Origin: Coniocarpon cinnabarinum | Lineage: Eukaryota | Direction: 5' to 3' | NCBI GenBank assembly: GCA_051942205.1 | Contig: JAVECO010000112.1 | Span: forward strand, 1 to 64,000 | Length of the DNA stretch: 64,000 nt | Shown here: one piece after another, positions 11,945 to 23,214 of the stretch | Position numbering within the stretch: position 1 is the first letter of the stretch | How the letters are laid out: each line of letters starts with the position of its first letter | Position numbers and translations under genes: made by a program | The notes under the pieces: generated by a model | Told to the model about the DNA's origin: nothing | The model's database searches: none | Seen by the model: only the letters and a program-made list of their open reading frames with translations

Positions 11945-14900
11945 ATGAGCAACACCACCCTCCACTCTGGCCGTTTGGGCCATCACCTAAATCCTCTCAA
12001 GCGAGCTAGGACGCCTTTATCTCACGAGGATGCCTCTGCCGCCGGCGAATCAGCTGCCGAGAAGGAGCTCAATCCTACTCAGGAACGACGCCAGCGGCTT
12101 TTGCGCGACTTGTACGCACGTTCAGATCGCATGATAGGACGTCTGCTTGATGGAAGTTTGAAGCCCGCTATCACCCAGCAAGCATCACCCGTCGCGACCA
12201 GCGACAATGACCGCAACACCAACCCCGCTCAACCGAAACCTGCCCCACCGAGCAGAAAACGAGCAGCCCGTGAAATCGAAGAAGATGATTACGACGACGA
12301 CGAGGACGAAGAAGTGGCGCCTGTGGCTGAGGTACCACAAATCACCGCGCCGGCGGCCAAGATTGCAAGGGTTTCATCTCCACACCTCGGTTCAACCATT
12401 GGGGGTCCTCTAGCCAAATCCGCACCTGGGGCACTTTTCCGAGGCACATCAAAGGAAGCCGCGAGTAGTCCTGAAGAAGCTCGTAAGAAGTTGGAAGCGG
12501 AGAAGCGAGCGACTGAGATTGCAGCCAAGGAAAGCTTCTTGACAACCATCTACACATTGGAGAACGACCGCGAGGCGATGCTTGAACAGCAGAAACTGGA
12601 CGATTTAGATCGACAGGTCGAAACAGAAACTATCGGGGCAAATCGGGCGCAGCAAGCTACAAGCCAAGGCCAATCGTCCCTGAACAATAGCGCCTTGGGC
12701 TCTGCTCAATTATTACTTCCCAATCTAGTTGCTCTGCTTGAGAAGCATCGCGACAAAGTGCCTGCGACTGAAGCTGAGATTAAGGCACTTCTGTCCAATG
12801 CGCGGATCGGAGGCGGCAAATGGGCCAATCCAGAAAAAATTGGGCAAGAGGAGCTCTACGAATCTTTCGATCAAGTGCTCAACAATCTTAAAGGGCAGAT
12901 TCAGCAGTCAGCTCCATTCCTGCAAAGTGTGAAGAAGAAGGAGTATCCAGATTACTACAAAGCCATCGCTCGTCCCATGGATTTTGGTACGATGCTTCGA
13001 AAGCTCAAGGATCGGGCGTACAGATCAAAAAGAGATTTCACGGACGACTTGGATCTGATTTGGGCCAATTGCCTTAAATACAACACGGACCCGATTCACC
13101 CCTACCGCAGAAAGGCTGAATTCATGAGAAAGGAGGCGGCCAAGCTCACGCCTTTAATTCCAGACATAACCGTCAGAGACCGAGCTGAAGTCGAAGCCGA
13201 AGAGCGAGAGGAGCGAAGGCGTCAATTTGATGATAGCGATGACGATGACGCTCCCATTGCTGCGACCCGAGGTCGAAAGGCGCCGAACAAGGGTGCAAAG
13301 GGAGGCTCCACAGCTCGCAAGGCTCCTCCAACTGCGAGTGAAGACTCGCCAGCGCCAGAGCCGAAGCCCGCAAGCCAAGCGCCGCCATCTGGTCCCCTTC
13401 AAAACGTCCGATCAGACCTTGATGTGGCTGGAGAAGGCAGCCAAGCTGGGCTTGCGACCCCACCGGTAGGCAACCGGACTCCCCTTGGAGCAGGTAGCTT
13501 ACTCGACGGGGCCGGAAACAACGCTGATGTTAGCGAGCTCGAAAGTGTCCATGCGAACGATGCGGGCGCGTTGGACGCAATGGAAGACTTACCTGAAGAA
13601 GATGAAGAATTCAAAGTGTGGAAGCAGGTGACTATGAAAGATCGCGCTCGCATGGCAGCGGAGCGGCACCTGCTATTTCAGCATGATCGAATTAACCCTG
13701 AGCAGCCTGCACTCCTCCGTACTCAACGTGACATGAGACGATGGGTTCGGCATCAGCGACAATTGCTGGGTGCAGAAGCAACCAAAGATCTGGGAACAGT
13801 TCAGAACGCTGAGGATGGCGTAGAGGCAGCACCAGCACAGACGCTCTCAGAGGGTATGGAGGCAGACGATGACAGCGTTTTGCCTGACTACTATTATCCG
13901 GTCTCAGGTGTTCCTGCAATTGGTGACCGATTGAAATGGGTCGAAGACAGCAGCGGCAATGTACAAGATCAACGTGATGAGTGCTTGCGTCTCATGCCCA
14001 GCAACTATTTCTCGTCCCCATGCACCGGCAAAGAAGATGCCAAGCAGAAGCAAGAGCAACGCGAGCGAGGCTCGCTCGCTTTCAAGATTGATGCAAACAT
14101 GGCTCAAATGCAGGAAACGAGAAAGATCATGGCCAAAATTGGCATGGTGAAGCAGATGCAAGTCCAAACGCAGACCTATCAGAATCAGTTCCAGAAGTAT
14201 GAGCCTCAACCGTTTCAAGAGGCGGAGATCAACGCGATGCCGGTCTCCGACGACGGCCCATACATGCAACCTGCAATCTCTCACGCAGCGTTGCAGCGAA
14301 GCGTATCAAAGCTTTTTTATCATGCCGGCTTCGAAGACGTTCAGCCGTCAGCGCTGGATGTAGTGACTGAAACCGCTGCCGAATATATGCAAAAGTTGGC
14401 TAGAACACTTCTTGTGTACCACCAACATCCGAAGGTTAATCCAGCGGTCCCTGAGTCTTTCATTGAGCCTACGACAACTGCAAACCCCGCTGCATCTCCA
14501 ATTCCAGTCATCAATGAGTGGCAGCCTCGATTCACGGCCGAAGAATCCATCCTGCACGCACTGCATTGCCACGGTCAAGACCTGGAGGGACTCACGTCGT
14601 ACGTCGAGGACGAGGTCCCAAGGCTAGGGCAGAAACTAGCTGCGCAGCATGAAGCCACGAAACAGCATTACGCAGACCTTCTCCGTCCAGCTCTAGATCC
14701 TACAGTATCTGCACGTGACGGCGGTGCTGGTGCTTTCAACGACAATTCTGAACAGTTCTTGGCTGGTGACTTTGCAGAGGACATCGATGAAGACTATTTT
14801 GGCTTCAAATCCCTGGGACTGGACATTGACTTCAAGGGCGTTCCGTTACACCTGCTCCAGTCGAGATTCAACAGTATCAACCAGGCCGCTGCTGGCACTG

Positions 14901-15601
14901 GTGTCGACGAAGGCGATGGCATAATTTTGGCTGAGCCTCCTCGGTGGAATGCTGTCACATCCGAAACAATCGAAAGCGAGATCGGACTAGTCCAGGACTT
15001 CTTCAAGGACAAGCTTGAGAAAAGTGCTGGCGATGCACTTACGGAAGATGAAGACCTGCCAGCCAAACAGAAGTTCCCTAAGCCACGCCTACCGCCGAAT
15101 GGAAAGATCTCCAGCCCACGCAAGCGTCCCATTCGTGAGCAGCAAATGATGGCCAGAAAGAAGAGGCGTCTTGAAATCGAAGCTGAGCGCGAGCGCGAGC
15201 GCGCAGGCCAAGACCAGGCAAGTAGTGAGCCATCTGGGCCTAATCAAGACGGCCAAGGTGGAGGCACTGTTGCTGTTACTAACGAGGACGGACTGAATCA
15301 CGCGAATCTGGAGAGTAACGCTGTAGTCGCAGCCGAAACGACCGATCTACCAGCACCGGAGAGTGGCCTCGAAGCTCTGACCGAAGAGCCTTCAAGGAAT
15401 GACAGCAGGACGGGGGCGACCACGAATGGTGAGGGCGTGCCCAACGGGGTGCTTACCAATGGCGATCTGCATCACGAAGAGCACGAGTCGGAGACACCGA
15501 CGCTCAGCAAGCAATTGAAGTTGGATAGACCATCGCAAGAGCAGCCACCGCCCAATACCGACCCAGAGAAGAGGGGAAGCCTGCCGATCGCCGCACATTG
15601 A
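11945..15601 (+). CDS. SPT7: SAGA complex subunit Spt7 (bromodomain plus histone fold)
   Basis: KWANPEKIGQEELYE, bromodomain PFLQSVKKKEYPDYYKAIARPMDFGTM...IWANCLKYN, histone fold YHAGFEDVQPSALD, PKPRLPPNGKI; first ATG 11945. Confidence 0.95.
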   Translation: MSNTTLHSGRLGHHLNPLKRARTPLSHEDASAAGESAAEKELNPTQERRQRLLRDLYARSDRMIGRLLDGSLKPAITQQASPVATSDNDRNTNPAQPKPAPPSRKRAAREIEEDDYDDDEDEEVAPVAEVPQITAPAAKIARVSSPHLGSTIGGPLAKSAPGALFRGTSKEAASSPEEARKKLEAEKRATEIAAKESFLTTIYTLENDREAMLEQQKLDDLDRQVETETIGANRAQQATSQGQSSLNNSALGSAQLLLPNLVALLEKHRDKVPATEAEIKALLSNARIGGGKWANPEKIGQEELYESFDQVLNNLKGQIQQSAPFLQSVKKKEYPDYYKAIARPMDFGTMLRKLKDRAYRSKRDFTDDLDLIWANCLKYNTDPIHPYRRKAEFMRKEAAKLTPLIPDITVRDRAEVEAEEREERRRQFDDSDDDDAPIAATRGRKAPNKGAKGGSTARKAPPTASEDSPAPEPKPASQAPPSGPLQNVRSDLDVAGEGSQAGLATPPVGNRTPLGAGSLLDGAGNNADVSELESVHANDAGALDAMEDLPEEDEEFKVWKQVTMKDRARMAAERHLLFQHDRINPEQPALLRTQRDMRRWVRHQRQLLGAEATKDLGTVQNAEDGVEAAPAQTLSEGMEADDDSVLPDYYYPVSGVPAIGDRLKWVEDSSGNVQDQRDECLRLMPSNYFSSPCTGKEDAKQKQEQRERGSLAFKIDANMAQMQETRKIMAKIGMVKQMQVQTQTYQNQFQKYEPQPFQEAEINAMPVSDDGPYMQPAISHAALQRSVSKLFYHAGFEDVQPSALDVVTETAAEYMQKLARTLLVYHQHPKVNPAVPESFIEPTTTANPAASPIPVINEWQPRFTAEESILHALHCHGQDLEGLTSYVEDEVPRLGQKLAAQHEATKQHYADLLRPALDPTVSARDGGAGAFNDNSEQFLAGDFAEDIDEDYFGFKSLGLDIDFKGVPLHLLQSRFNSINQAAAGTGVDEGDGIILAEPPRWNAVTSETIESEIGLVQDFFKDKLEKSAGDALTEDEDLPAKQKFPKPRLPPNGKISSPRKRPIREQQMMARKKRRLEIEAERERERAGQDQASSEPSGPNQDGQGGGTVAVTNEDGLNHANLESNAVVAAETTDLPAPESGLEALTEEPSRNDSRTGATTNGEGVPNGVLTNGDLHHEEHESETPTLSKQLKLDRPSQEQPPPNTDPEKRGSLPIAAH

Positions 15602-15722
15602 ATTTGAATCGGAGACATCGACGGTTAGCGAGCAATTGACGTTGGATAAACCAGCCCGAGCTCAGCCACCGCCCATAACTGATCCAGAACAAAGCGGCAG
15701 CTTGCAGCAAAAAGCACATTAA
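15485..15722 (+). repeat. Diverged 121-bp-period tandem duplication of the SPT7 3' end
   Basis: 15485-15601 and 15606-15722 align without gaps; both end GCA CAT stop. Confidence 0.9.
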
Positions 15723-16494
15723 ACCGGGCGTGGGGAGAGGAACAGCACAGTGGAACAGCACAATGGAAAAGAAAAAAGATAAAAAAAAAAACGCTCGAAC
15801 ATCGGGAAGATGTCAGCGTGTTTGATGATGGAACCTTTACGACGCGATGTACGATACTTGGAAGCAACACATGACGGCATGGCAAGCAGGTAGAGCTTGC
15901 CTTTTGTAATGTTTGAGTAATCATAAGCGCTGTCAGTTGGGAAAGGCAGCAGTAGATACCCACCAACGGAGTTCCACACCATGAGCCGACTCCTTTGGTA
16001 ACATAGGAATCACAAAGACGCCTCAGGCGTCCAACCTTTGATAATGTTCTAAACACTACTTGTGGCCTTCCTCCGACCTTACAAGTATGAGAATAATACG
16101 TGCACTCGACACGAGCATGGAAGGACTAGAAGCTTATCATTAGGCGAAGTCTGTTAAAGCCTTCACCTGGGCACTGCCAGCGGTATGATCCTGATGCAAA
16201 ACGTCTTTCCGTATGCTGCGAGAGCAGGAACCATAGCACAGAATCGCTCCTCGTATATCGTGCCTTGCCAGTGCTGAGACAGCATTCAAGGATCGAAAGG
16301 GGCTGCTGTGCATTGAAGGAGCTCGAATCCAAATCGTGTAATACTGCATGAGGGAATCCGTCTTGCTCGTCCATTCGACCAATCAGCGCCACTATGAACT
16401 AATAGACACCATCGTCTACCTCAAGTCTCGCCATCGCATCTTCAAATACTTTCAATTCCTTTTCGACACACCCTCTTCACTCCTATTGTCGATC

Positions 16495-17296
16495 ATGGCG
16501 ACATCACACACAGCACGCGCTCTGGCGCGCACAGCGAGACCATCGCCGTCGGTAATGGCCCTTCGACCGTCCCTCACAGCATCTCCCATCACATCGCCAC
16601 ATACATCAAGCCTCCACACCTCTGCACGAAGACGCGCTCTTCCCGCGGGTCCGCCGCCCGCTGGCTACCGCATGCCCAAGCCCACGCGGTGGAATACAGA
16701 TAGCAACACGGCGCTGGACAAGGCAGGGACGTACTTTTTATTGACGGAGATGTTTCGAGGGATGTGGGTGGTGCTGGAGCAGTTTTTCAGACCACCGTGA
16801 GTACTTCAATACGCTTCTATCCCTTCTCACTTCACGCTTACGACTGGCGGTACCCTGGTAGCTAGGATGCGTGGTTGTGGCTGACGTTAAGTTCCCTAGA
16901 TACACAATTTACTATCCCTTTGAAAAGGGACCCATTTCACCTCGCTTCCGCGGCGAGCACGCCCTTCGCCGCTATCCCACCGGGGAAGAACGCTGCATCG
17001 CCTGCAAGCTGTGCGAGGCTATTTGTCCCGCTCAGGCCATTACGATCGAGGCGGAAGAGCGAGCTGATGGGTCACGACGGACGACACGATACGATATTGA
17101 CATGACCAAGTGCATTTACTGCGGATTCTGTCAGGAGAGCTGTCCAGTTGATGCGATTGTGGAGGGGCCGAATGCCGAGTACGCCACGGAGACCAGGGAA
17201 GAGCTACTGTATAACAAGGAGAAGTTGTTGGCGAACGGTGATAAGTGGGAACCTGAGTTGGCGGCGGTGGCGAGGGCGGATGCACCCTATCGATGA
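16495..17296 (+). CDS. NDUFS8: NADH:ubiquinone oxidoreductase 23 kDa Fe-S subunit (TYKY/NDUFS8); intron 16797-16899
   Basis: Mitochondrial presequence; [20 protein letters not shown]; two 4Fe-4S motifs [12 protein letters not shown] and [12 protein letters not shown]. Confidence 0.97.
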
Positions 17297-17672
17297 TGAC
17301 TAGACCTGCTGCATAGGTAGGGAATGCATATATCGAACCAGCACAACGGCACGTGAGATGATCTTCTCTGTTGCGACGGGCAATGCCTTTTTCCCGCAGC
17401 TTCGCAAAGGTGAACAGTCAACACTGAATGCTGAATACAAGCGTCTCGTTCACAGCGTCGTTTACACACTACATTTCATCGTGTCTGTACATGCTATGTG
17501 TGCTATGCAATTGTGTTTATGCCGTCATTACGTGCTGAACAATTTTCCCAGGCGCCATTGCTATGCAGCACGCTCTTGCATTTCAGGATGGTGGAAAGGC
17601 CGTTGCAAGCGACAGCACCAGACCCACGTTTGTCCATACTCAGATGCGTCCTTTGGAATTGCAATCGCCGAC

Positions 17673-19807
17673 TCATGTCCTCCTCGCCGCTGTCTTGAAT
17701 GTCCCTTCGAAGCCCGGCCTCTTCTTCTGCTTTGGCTTCTGAACACCACCACCCTTTTGCTTGGCCAGGAATTTCTTCTGATCTTTGCCCTTGACACCTT
17801 TCATCTCCCGGCGTTTCTTCAGGTTCTCCTCACGTTTTGCCTGCCTCATTTCCTGACCCTTTCTCACGCCCTCAAGCCGCTCGTTCCATTCCCTCTCGCT
17901 CTTACCCTTGGCCTTTTCCTTGCGCTTGAGAGTCTTCTTCAGAAGGTTGGTGTCGTCACGCCCTTTTTGGCCAGCGATCCGGTTTCTCGCGCCGGACCAT
18001 GCGTCCTTTTCCTCGAGTTCGGCACGCTTAGCTGAATCAAAGCCGGCAAGGCGAGCCCTTTTCTTCTCCGCTGCTAAGAGAGCGGTCTTAGGATCACTCT
18101 TGCCTTTCTTCGTTTTGTTTCCATTGGAGTAAGCGTTGCCTGCATCAACCTCAACGCCATCTTCAAATGCAACCTTGCCAAATTGAAAGTTGGGCTCTTG
18201 CTGGTTGGCCAAAGCACCGCCTGGACTGTACAGACTCGGGCTCCAGATAGGACTACCGTTGCCTCCCCGAAGGCGAGCGGCTTCAGTCTCAGCGTCTTGT
18301 GCTTCACGATCCTTGGCAATCTGTTCCTTCTTTCGTTGCTTACGCACGTCGGCTTTCCGTCGGCGTGCTTCGATCAATTCGGCGCGATTCCGTGCGGGTT
18401 TGCCATTAGGGCCATCGGCCTTCCGTGCGGCGCGCAGGGCGGCCATTTTCTCACTAAGCCTTTGCATTAATACCTGCCGATCGATGTTTGGTAGTTGAGT
18501 CTCCGCTTTTCCGTCTGCTTGTTCGTCAGTCACGCCTCCAGGCTTATCATCCCCACGTATATCCAATTCGCGCGGCTGTGAGACCGAGCCTTGAGCGGCA
18601 CTTTGCGCGTTATTCTGAGTACTGCTGGCCTGGCTGGCCTGATTCGTCGACTCCTCTGATTGCTTGGTGACCTTCACACCTCTTTTGACGCTCTCAGAAC
18701 GACTGTCAGTGTCGTTTTGAGCACTACCTTTGGCGGAAGACGATTGAGAAGGGATTCTGTTTGCAGGTTCATTGTCAGATGAAGCTGTTGCAATCCGCTC
18801 TTCGGGTTTTGCATCAAGATCAGACGGATTGGAGGGTGGTACCACTGACGAGGACGAAGAAGCAGACGAGTCATTCGTTGTAGCATCAAACAGATTCTCG
18901 TGTTCGGGACTTGACCCGCCCGAAGCAGATTGCGATTCTTTGTCATCACCATCTGCTGCTGCAATGGACTGTTCCGTCAGAAAATTCGCTGCGTTTGGTC
19001 GAGTGTATTTGTTTTGTCTGGGTTGATGACTTGAATTGTCTTTTGTCTTTTGTGGTGCGACACTTGGGTCGTTTCTGCTGGATTGGTCATTTTTTGGATC
19101 GGTGCCAGGCCTCTGTGTGTGATCGTCTGAGGGCTCTGTGGGTTTCCTGCTATTGGGCAACGTCCCTTGCTCAAGATGCTTTTCATGCTCTTGCTTGGCC
19201 CTCTTCCTTTCTCGCTTTTTCTGCTTTTCTTCGTTCTTGCGCTCCTTTCGCTCTCGGTTCTTTTGTTTCCGTTTATTCGCTTTCTCCTGCCGCACCTGCT
19301 CGTCCTCTTCTGCAGTCTCCGTGGGTCTCTTTTTATTTTTCTTCGCCTTGTTTTTCACATCATCTGACTTGTCTTCTCGAGCTGTCTTTGATACAGGCTG
19401 GGCTGGCTCAGAAGTCGCAACGTCATGCGCAGCCTCACTGTCGTCATCGACCTCTCTCTTCCGCTTGCGCTCATTTTCTTGCTGCTCACGCTCCCGGTGC
19501 ACGTCCAACGCCGACTTGTAAGCACCTGGCTCTAATTTCGCTCTCTTCGCCGCTCGCTTCTCTTCTTTTGTCTGCTTTTTCCGTTGCCATTGATCCTAGA
19601 ACATGACTTAGCTGGAGTAGTCCATGGCGCACGCACTTGTGAAGCTCTTACGCTGTTGTCTTTTCCGTAGTAGTAGTCAGCTGGTATTAGCGCCATGAGA
19701 CCTTCGAATGCTTTAGAGTGGTCTTTCAGCCGAGCCTTTACTTGTCTTAGATATGAGTCTTGGACAGTGGGGGTTGGCAGGCGCACTTTGAGATCTTGGT
19801 CGGCCAT
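17673..19807 (-). CDS. RRP14: Ribosome biogenesis protein Rrp14/SURF6; exons 19807-19787, 19735-19652, 19595-17673
   Basis: N-terminal RLKDHSKAFEGLMALIPADYY and QWQRKKQTKEE; SURF6 C-terminus DDTNLLKKTLKRKEKAK..SEREW..R, KREENL, RPGFEG. Confidence 0.92.
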
Positions 19808-20311
19808 AGCAGCGACCCGCCCGGCTACGCGGACAAGAGCTCGGCAAAGTGGCGCTGTTGCCAGTCGTATCAGATAGTATGGACGGATATCGTAGACGAT
19901 GAAGCTGTCGTGCAAGTTTGATGCTTGGAATTTTGTGAAATTCGCAAGATTAGAGTGGCGGTAAGATTTAGGGTTAATGCCTAAGGCTTGGTGACTTATG
20001 TGCAACCATTAGTCGCCTCTTGAGTTGAACCTCAGTGACATATAGACACTTGTCTGTACTTACGTGGAACAGTAGAATCCCCAGAGTCGTCGTATGCGAA
20101 TTCAAAGTGCTACGTCTGGAACATGACACAATTCGCAGGGTTACGTGCCACTTATTCAGGGATCGTACGTACAGCCACTTCGCCTGCGTAGACATACTGC
20201 TCTAGCCATAAGCTCCCGACCGTCCTGAAAACATTCGCAGAAAGCCTCCAATATTTCTTCTCAAAATCTGATATTTGCTCTCCATCTGCGGCATCCTTCA
20301 ACTAAGTACCA

Positions 20312-21520
20312 ATGCTCGCAGAGGAGCCGAGAGAGATCCGACCGCTCTTGGACCTCGTAGGAGACGCTCCCCACGTGCACCCAGATGACATACCCAAAAA
20401 CCCGGGTGAGAATGATCAGCTCCCGAGAACCTCGTTAGTGCTCTACGTTTATCGCGTGCCTGGATCTAGAGATTTGTTCTTGACTCAGCATAAAATCCCC
20501 AATGATCATCCAACGTCGACCGATGTTAATGGCTGTTCCTACTACGTCAGGTATGACCGATGGCCGGGTCCCACAAGGAATTATATTCAGCAAGCGTTCG
20601 ATGAACGTAAATCTCAAACACGAGAGCAGGTAGAGTGGCGCAACACCTCCCAAAGATCGCTAGATGAACGAGGTCTCATCGGGCCCCGCGGCGTGAAGTC
20701 GACACTGGTTGCCGTCGACCTCAGTCGTAACGACATCCGAGAGATTGCAGCTCTCGTGGATCCCAAATTTTCTGGTCGAGTCCTCCGACCAGCAAGTCGT
20801 CAATATGGGCCATTGCAAGATCGACAGAACGTAGAGAATCCTCTCTTTGTCGATCTCTTCACTGACGCCTACAAGGAATTTGGCACTGACCTGGCCTATT
20901 GGCAAGGTAAAGCATTTACTCGGAGAGTCTTTAGAGCAGACGATCTCAAGCAGCATTATCAGTTTGGAAGCCCTTGGGGTGGACATGTCACCATCGAACG
21001 GCACGCTCATGGTAAACCTACGTTCAAAGCTTATCATCGCGTAGCTAATCGAGGAGCTGTCGATGGCATACTCGCGTCTGAGCTACGGCCAAACTTTTCA
21101 CCACACAGACGCACCTTTGAGATCTCGGAGCATGGACGACCATCGCTTTCGACCACACCAAGGGAGTCTTTCGATAGTACGACATCGAGCGCCTTCCAAA
21201 GCAAATTCTCTAGCCAAAGGGAGAGGCTCGTTCAGTTACGTCGTCGATCCGAACAAATCTCTGTTTCTACGAGGGGAAAGCTGACCGAAATGTTGAACTC
21301 GCAGAGCAGAAGCTCCGACCGTTTCACCTACAACAGCTCTGACTTTAGCTTTCATTTGGCGCAAGAACCATTGGGAGGTGGGACCGGAAACGAAGCTAAG
21401 CTGGCAAAGCTGATTATCTACCCCGAGGGTCAGAATTTCATCGATCTAGTGATTGCAGCAAACATGCTAGTATTTCACTCTATCTACGAAAGGGCAATGC
21501 CGTGGCTCCACCAAACGTAG
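20312..21520 (+). CDS. Conserved fungal hypothetical protein, 402 aa
   Basis: Long ATG-initiated ORF; LYVYRVPGSRDLFL and C-terminal LAQEPLGGG..NEAKLAKLIIYPEG..FIDLVIAANM resemble a Pezizomycotina family of unknown function. Confidence 0.75.
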   Translation: MLAEEPREIRPLLDLVGDAPHVHPDDIPKNPGENDQLPRTSLVLYVYRVPGSRDLFLTQHKIPNDHPTSTDVNGCSYYVRYDRWPGPTRNYIQQAFDERKSQTREQVEWRNTSQRSLDERGLIGPRGVKSTLVAVDLSRNDIREIAALVDPKFSGRVLRPASRQYGPLQDRQNVENPLFVDLFTDAYKEFGTDLAYWQGKAFTRRVFRADDLKQHYQFGSPWGGHVTIERHAHGKPTFKAYHRVANRGAVDGILASELRPNFSPHRRTFEISEHGRPSLSTTPRESFDSTTSSAFQSKFSSQRERLVQLRRRSEQISVSTRGKLTEMLNSQSRSSDRFTYNSSDFSFHLAQEPLGGGTGNEAKLAKLIIYPEGQNFIDLVIAANMLVFHSIYERAMPWLHQT

Positions 21521-22596
21521 CCGGAAATACTTAATTTTTCCGCGCAATGAGCCACATCAGAACCTGTCTGACTCGTTCCGTTCCCTGCCGAATAGCTTTC
21601 CTCTAAATGAGTTTTCGGGCCTTTGTCGAGCGCAGGTTCGCTCAAAGCTACTCAAGAGGCCTCACCCAGTGTCCATAGAAACGAACTAATTAAAAGTGCC
21701 CAAAAGTGTTGGTGGAGAGTCGTTCCGGCTGTAAATGGCTCCTTTTGAGCTTCAAGAGTGTCAACAGCCATCATGCCATATGCTCCATAGCTGAGAGTGG
21801 CACGAAACTCGCGACCGACCTTTTCCCACGTAAACGACGGTCTCGATCGCAAAAGGGGTTGAGAATGATTGCGTTGCGCTGCGCTTGTTGAAGAAATCAC
21901 AAACATAGTGGAAGTCGGGCACGCAATCAGTAATCCAGACAACAAGACTACGGGGATTGAATTTCACCTTTCGTGGGACAAAGATCAATTTTGTCATCAA
22001 CGTTCTCGATAGCGATGACCACTGACAGCGATCCTAAGACGTATTGATTAAAGGAGACACGCCACGCCACGTGCACGCACCAAGCCTGACTATATGGAAG
22101 TGTGGATAGACTTGTACGACTGAGGGGTGGATTTTCATTGCCGAATAACTGCACATTTTGGCAGAAATACAATATGTGGTTCAAAACGCGGCGCTATGGT
22201 CTGCAGGAGTGTGAACAATGGTGAGCTCTGTAGAAACCAGACGGGGACAACATCATAGATGCCAGAACTCTGAAACCTGAGTGGTATGGTCAACCGCATA
22301 ATCCGTCAAGATACCTAACAGGATGAGAGGCATACACGAGTGGGCGCTCAACGTAGCCCGAGTTGAGGTAACCAGACAATCTCTCTCTATCATACGCAAT
22401 GCTTTCATGCCGTACGAAGTTTTGTTCTAGACAGAGATGCTAATCGTCTCGAGCGTGATCACCAGGAAAATCCACAACCGCCAGCATTTCTCGCTGCGAC
22501 TGAATCCTCAGGGAATACTGAAAGAAAGTAATGCGTGTAAGCACTGAGAATGAGAGATCATTGGAGCCAATTCGCTTTCAGTGGATGAAGAGCTTA

Positions 22597-23058
22597 CAGT
22601 CGATTGCAGGAAGACTGACAATGGTTAGTCTGAGCTTTGTGTAACACACACACATATCTCCTGAGATTGACGTCTACGCTAACGTCGCCGCTAACGTCGC
22701 CGTCAACATCGTTTTTAATAAGATCAACAAAGATAAGCTATACAAGCCTATTACTGCTTCTCCTAGCTTCTTCTATGCTCTTATAGCGATAGTCTTTAAC
22801 TCCATACTATATAGTATTAGAGGGAGTGTTTGATCTTTTGCTTACTCTACCTGTATCTACCCTACTTAGGCTTACCCTACTCTAAATTCTACTTACATCG
22901 ATCTAGTATAAAGTATCGCCACAAGAGCATAGAAGAAGCTGGAAGAAGCAGTAATAGGCTTATATAGCTTGTCTTTACTCATCTCGTTAAAAAGGACGTC
23001 GACGGCGACGTTAGGAGACGTGTGCGTGTTACAAAAAGCTCAGACCAATCATTGACTG
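22597..23058. mobile_element. Non-autonomous MITE, Tc1/mariner-type, RIP-mutated
   Basis: Imperfect inverted repeats ~22619-22791 / 22914-23054; termini TA|CAGTC (22595-22601) and GACTG|TA (23054-23060); TpA-rich core; no transposase ORF. Confidence 0.8.
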
Positions 23059-23214
23059 TAGCACGTCTTAGGTAGAGTGTGCGTGCCAAGCCGGCAATTT
23101 CCGGCATGTCAAGATCGTGAGCAACTTTTTTCTTGATAGAATAAGGTATGACCTGACTGCATTCGCCGACCACAAATAAGCTCTTGCAGCTTCCTTCCAG
23201 ACGAGCCCGCTTCT

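Noticed and set aside
17294..17303. TGA CTA G readthrough-like context after NDUFS8
   Set aside because: It follows a first in-frame TGA (TGA TGA CTA), so a double readthrough would be needed
17358..19606. Long plus-strand ORFs antisense to RRP14 (similar shadows over the VanZ-like, carrier and IF2 genes)
   Set aside because: Explained as antisense shadows of biased-composition coding sequence
19960..19985. TTTAGGGTTA telomere-like/Tbf1-like motif and weak RRPE/PAC-like words upstream of RRP14
   Set aside because: Single imperfect copies; not a telomere, and too short to support as regulatory
21540..22590. Short ORFs suggesting a pseudogene or transposase remnant next to the MITE
   Set aside because: No DDE/DDD or HTH motif recognised; ORFs short and inconsistent
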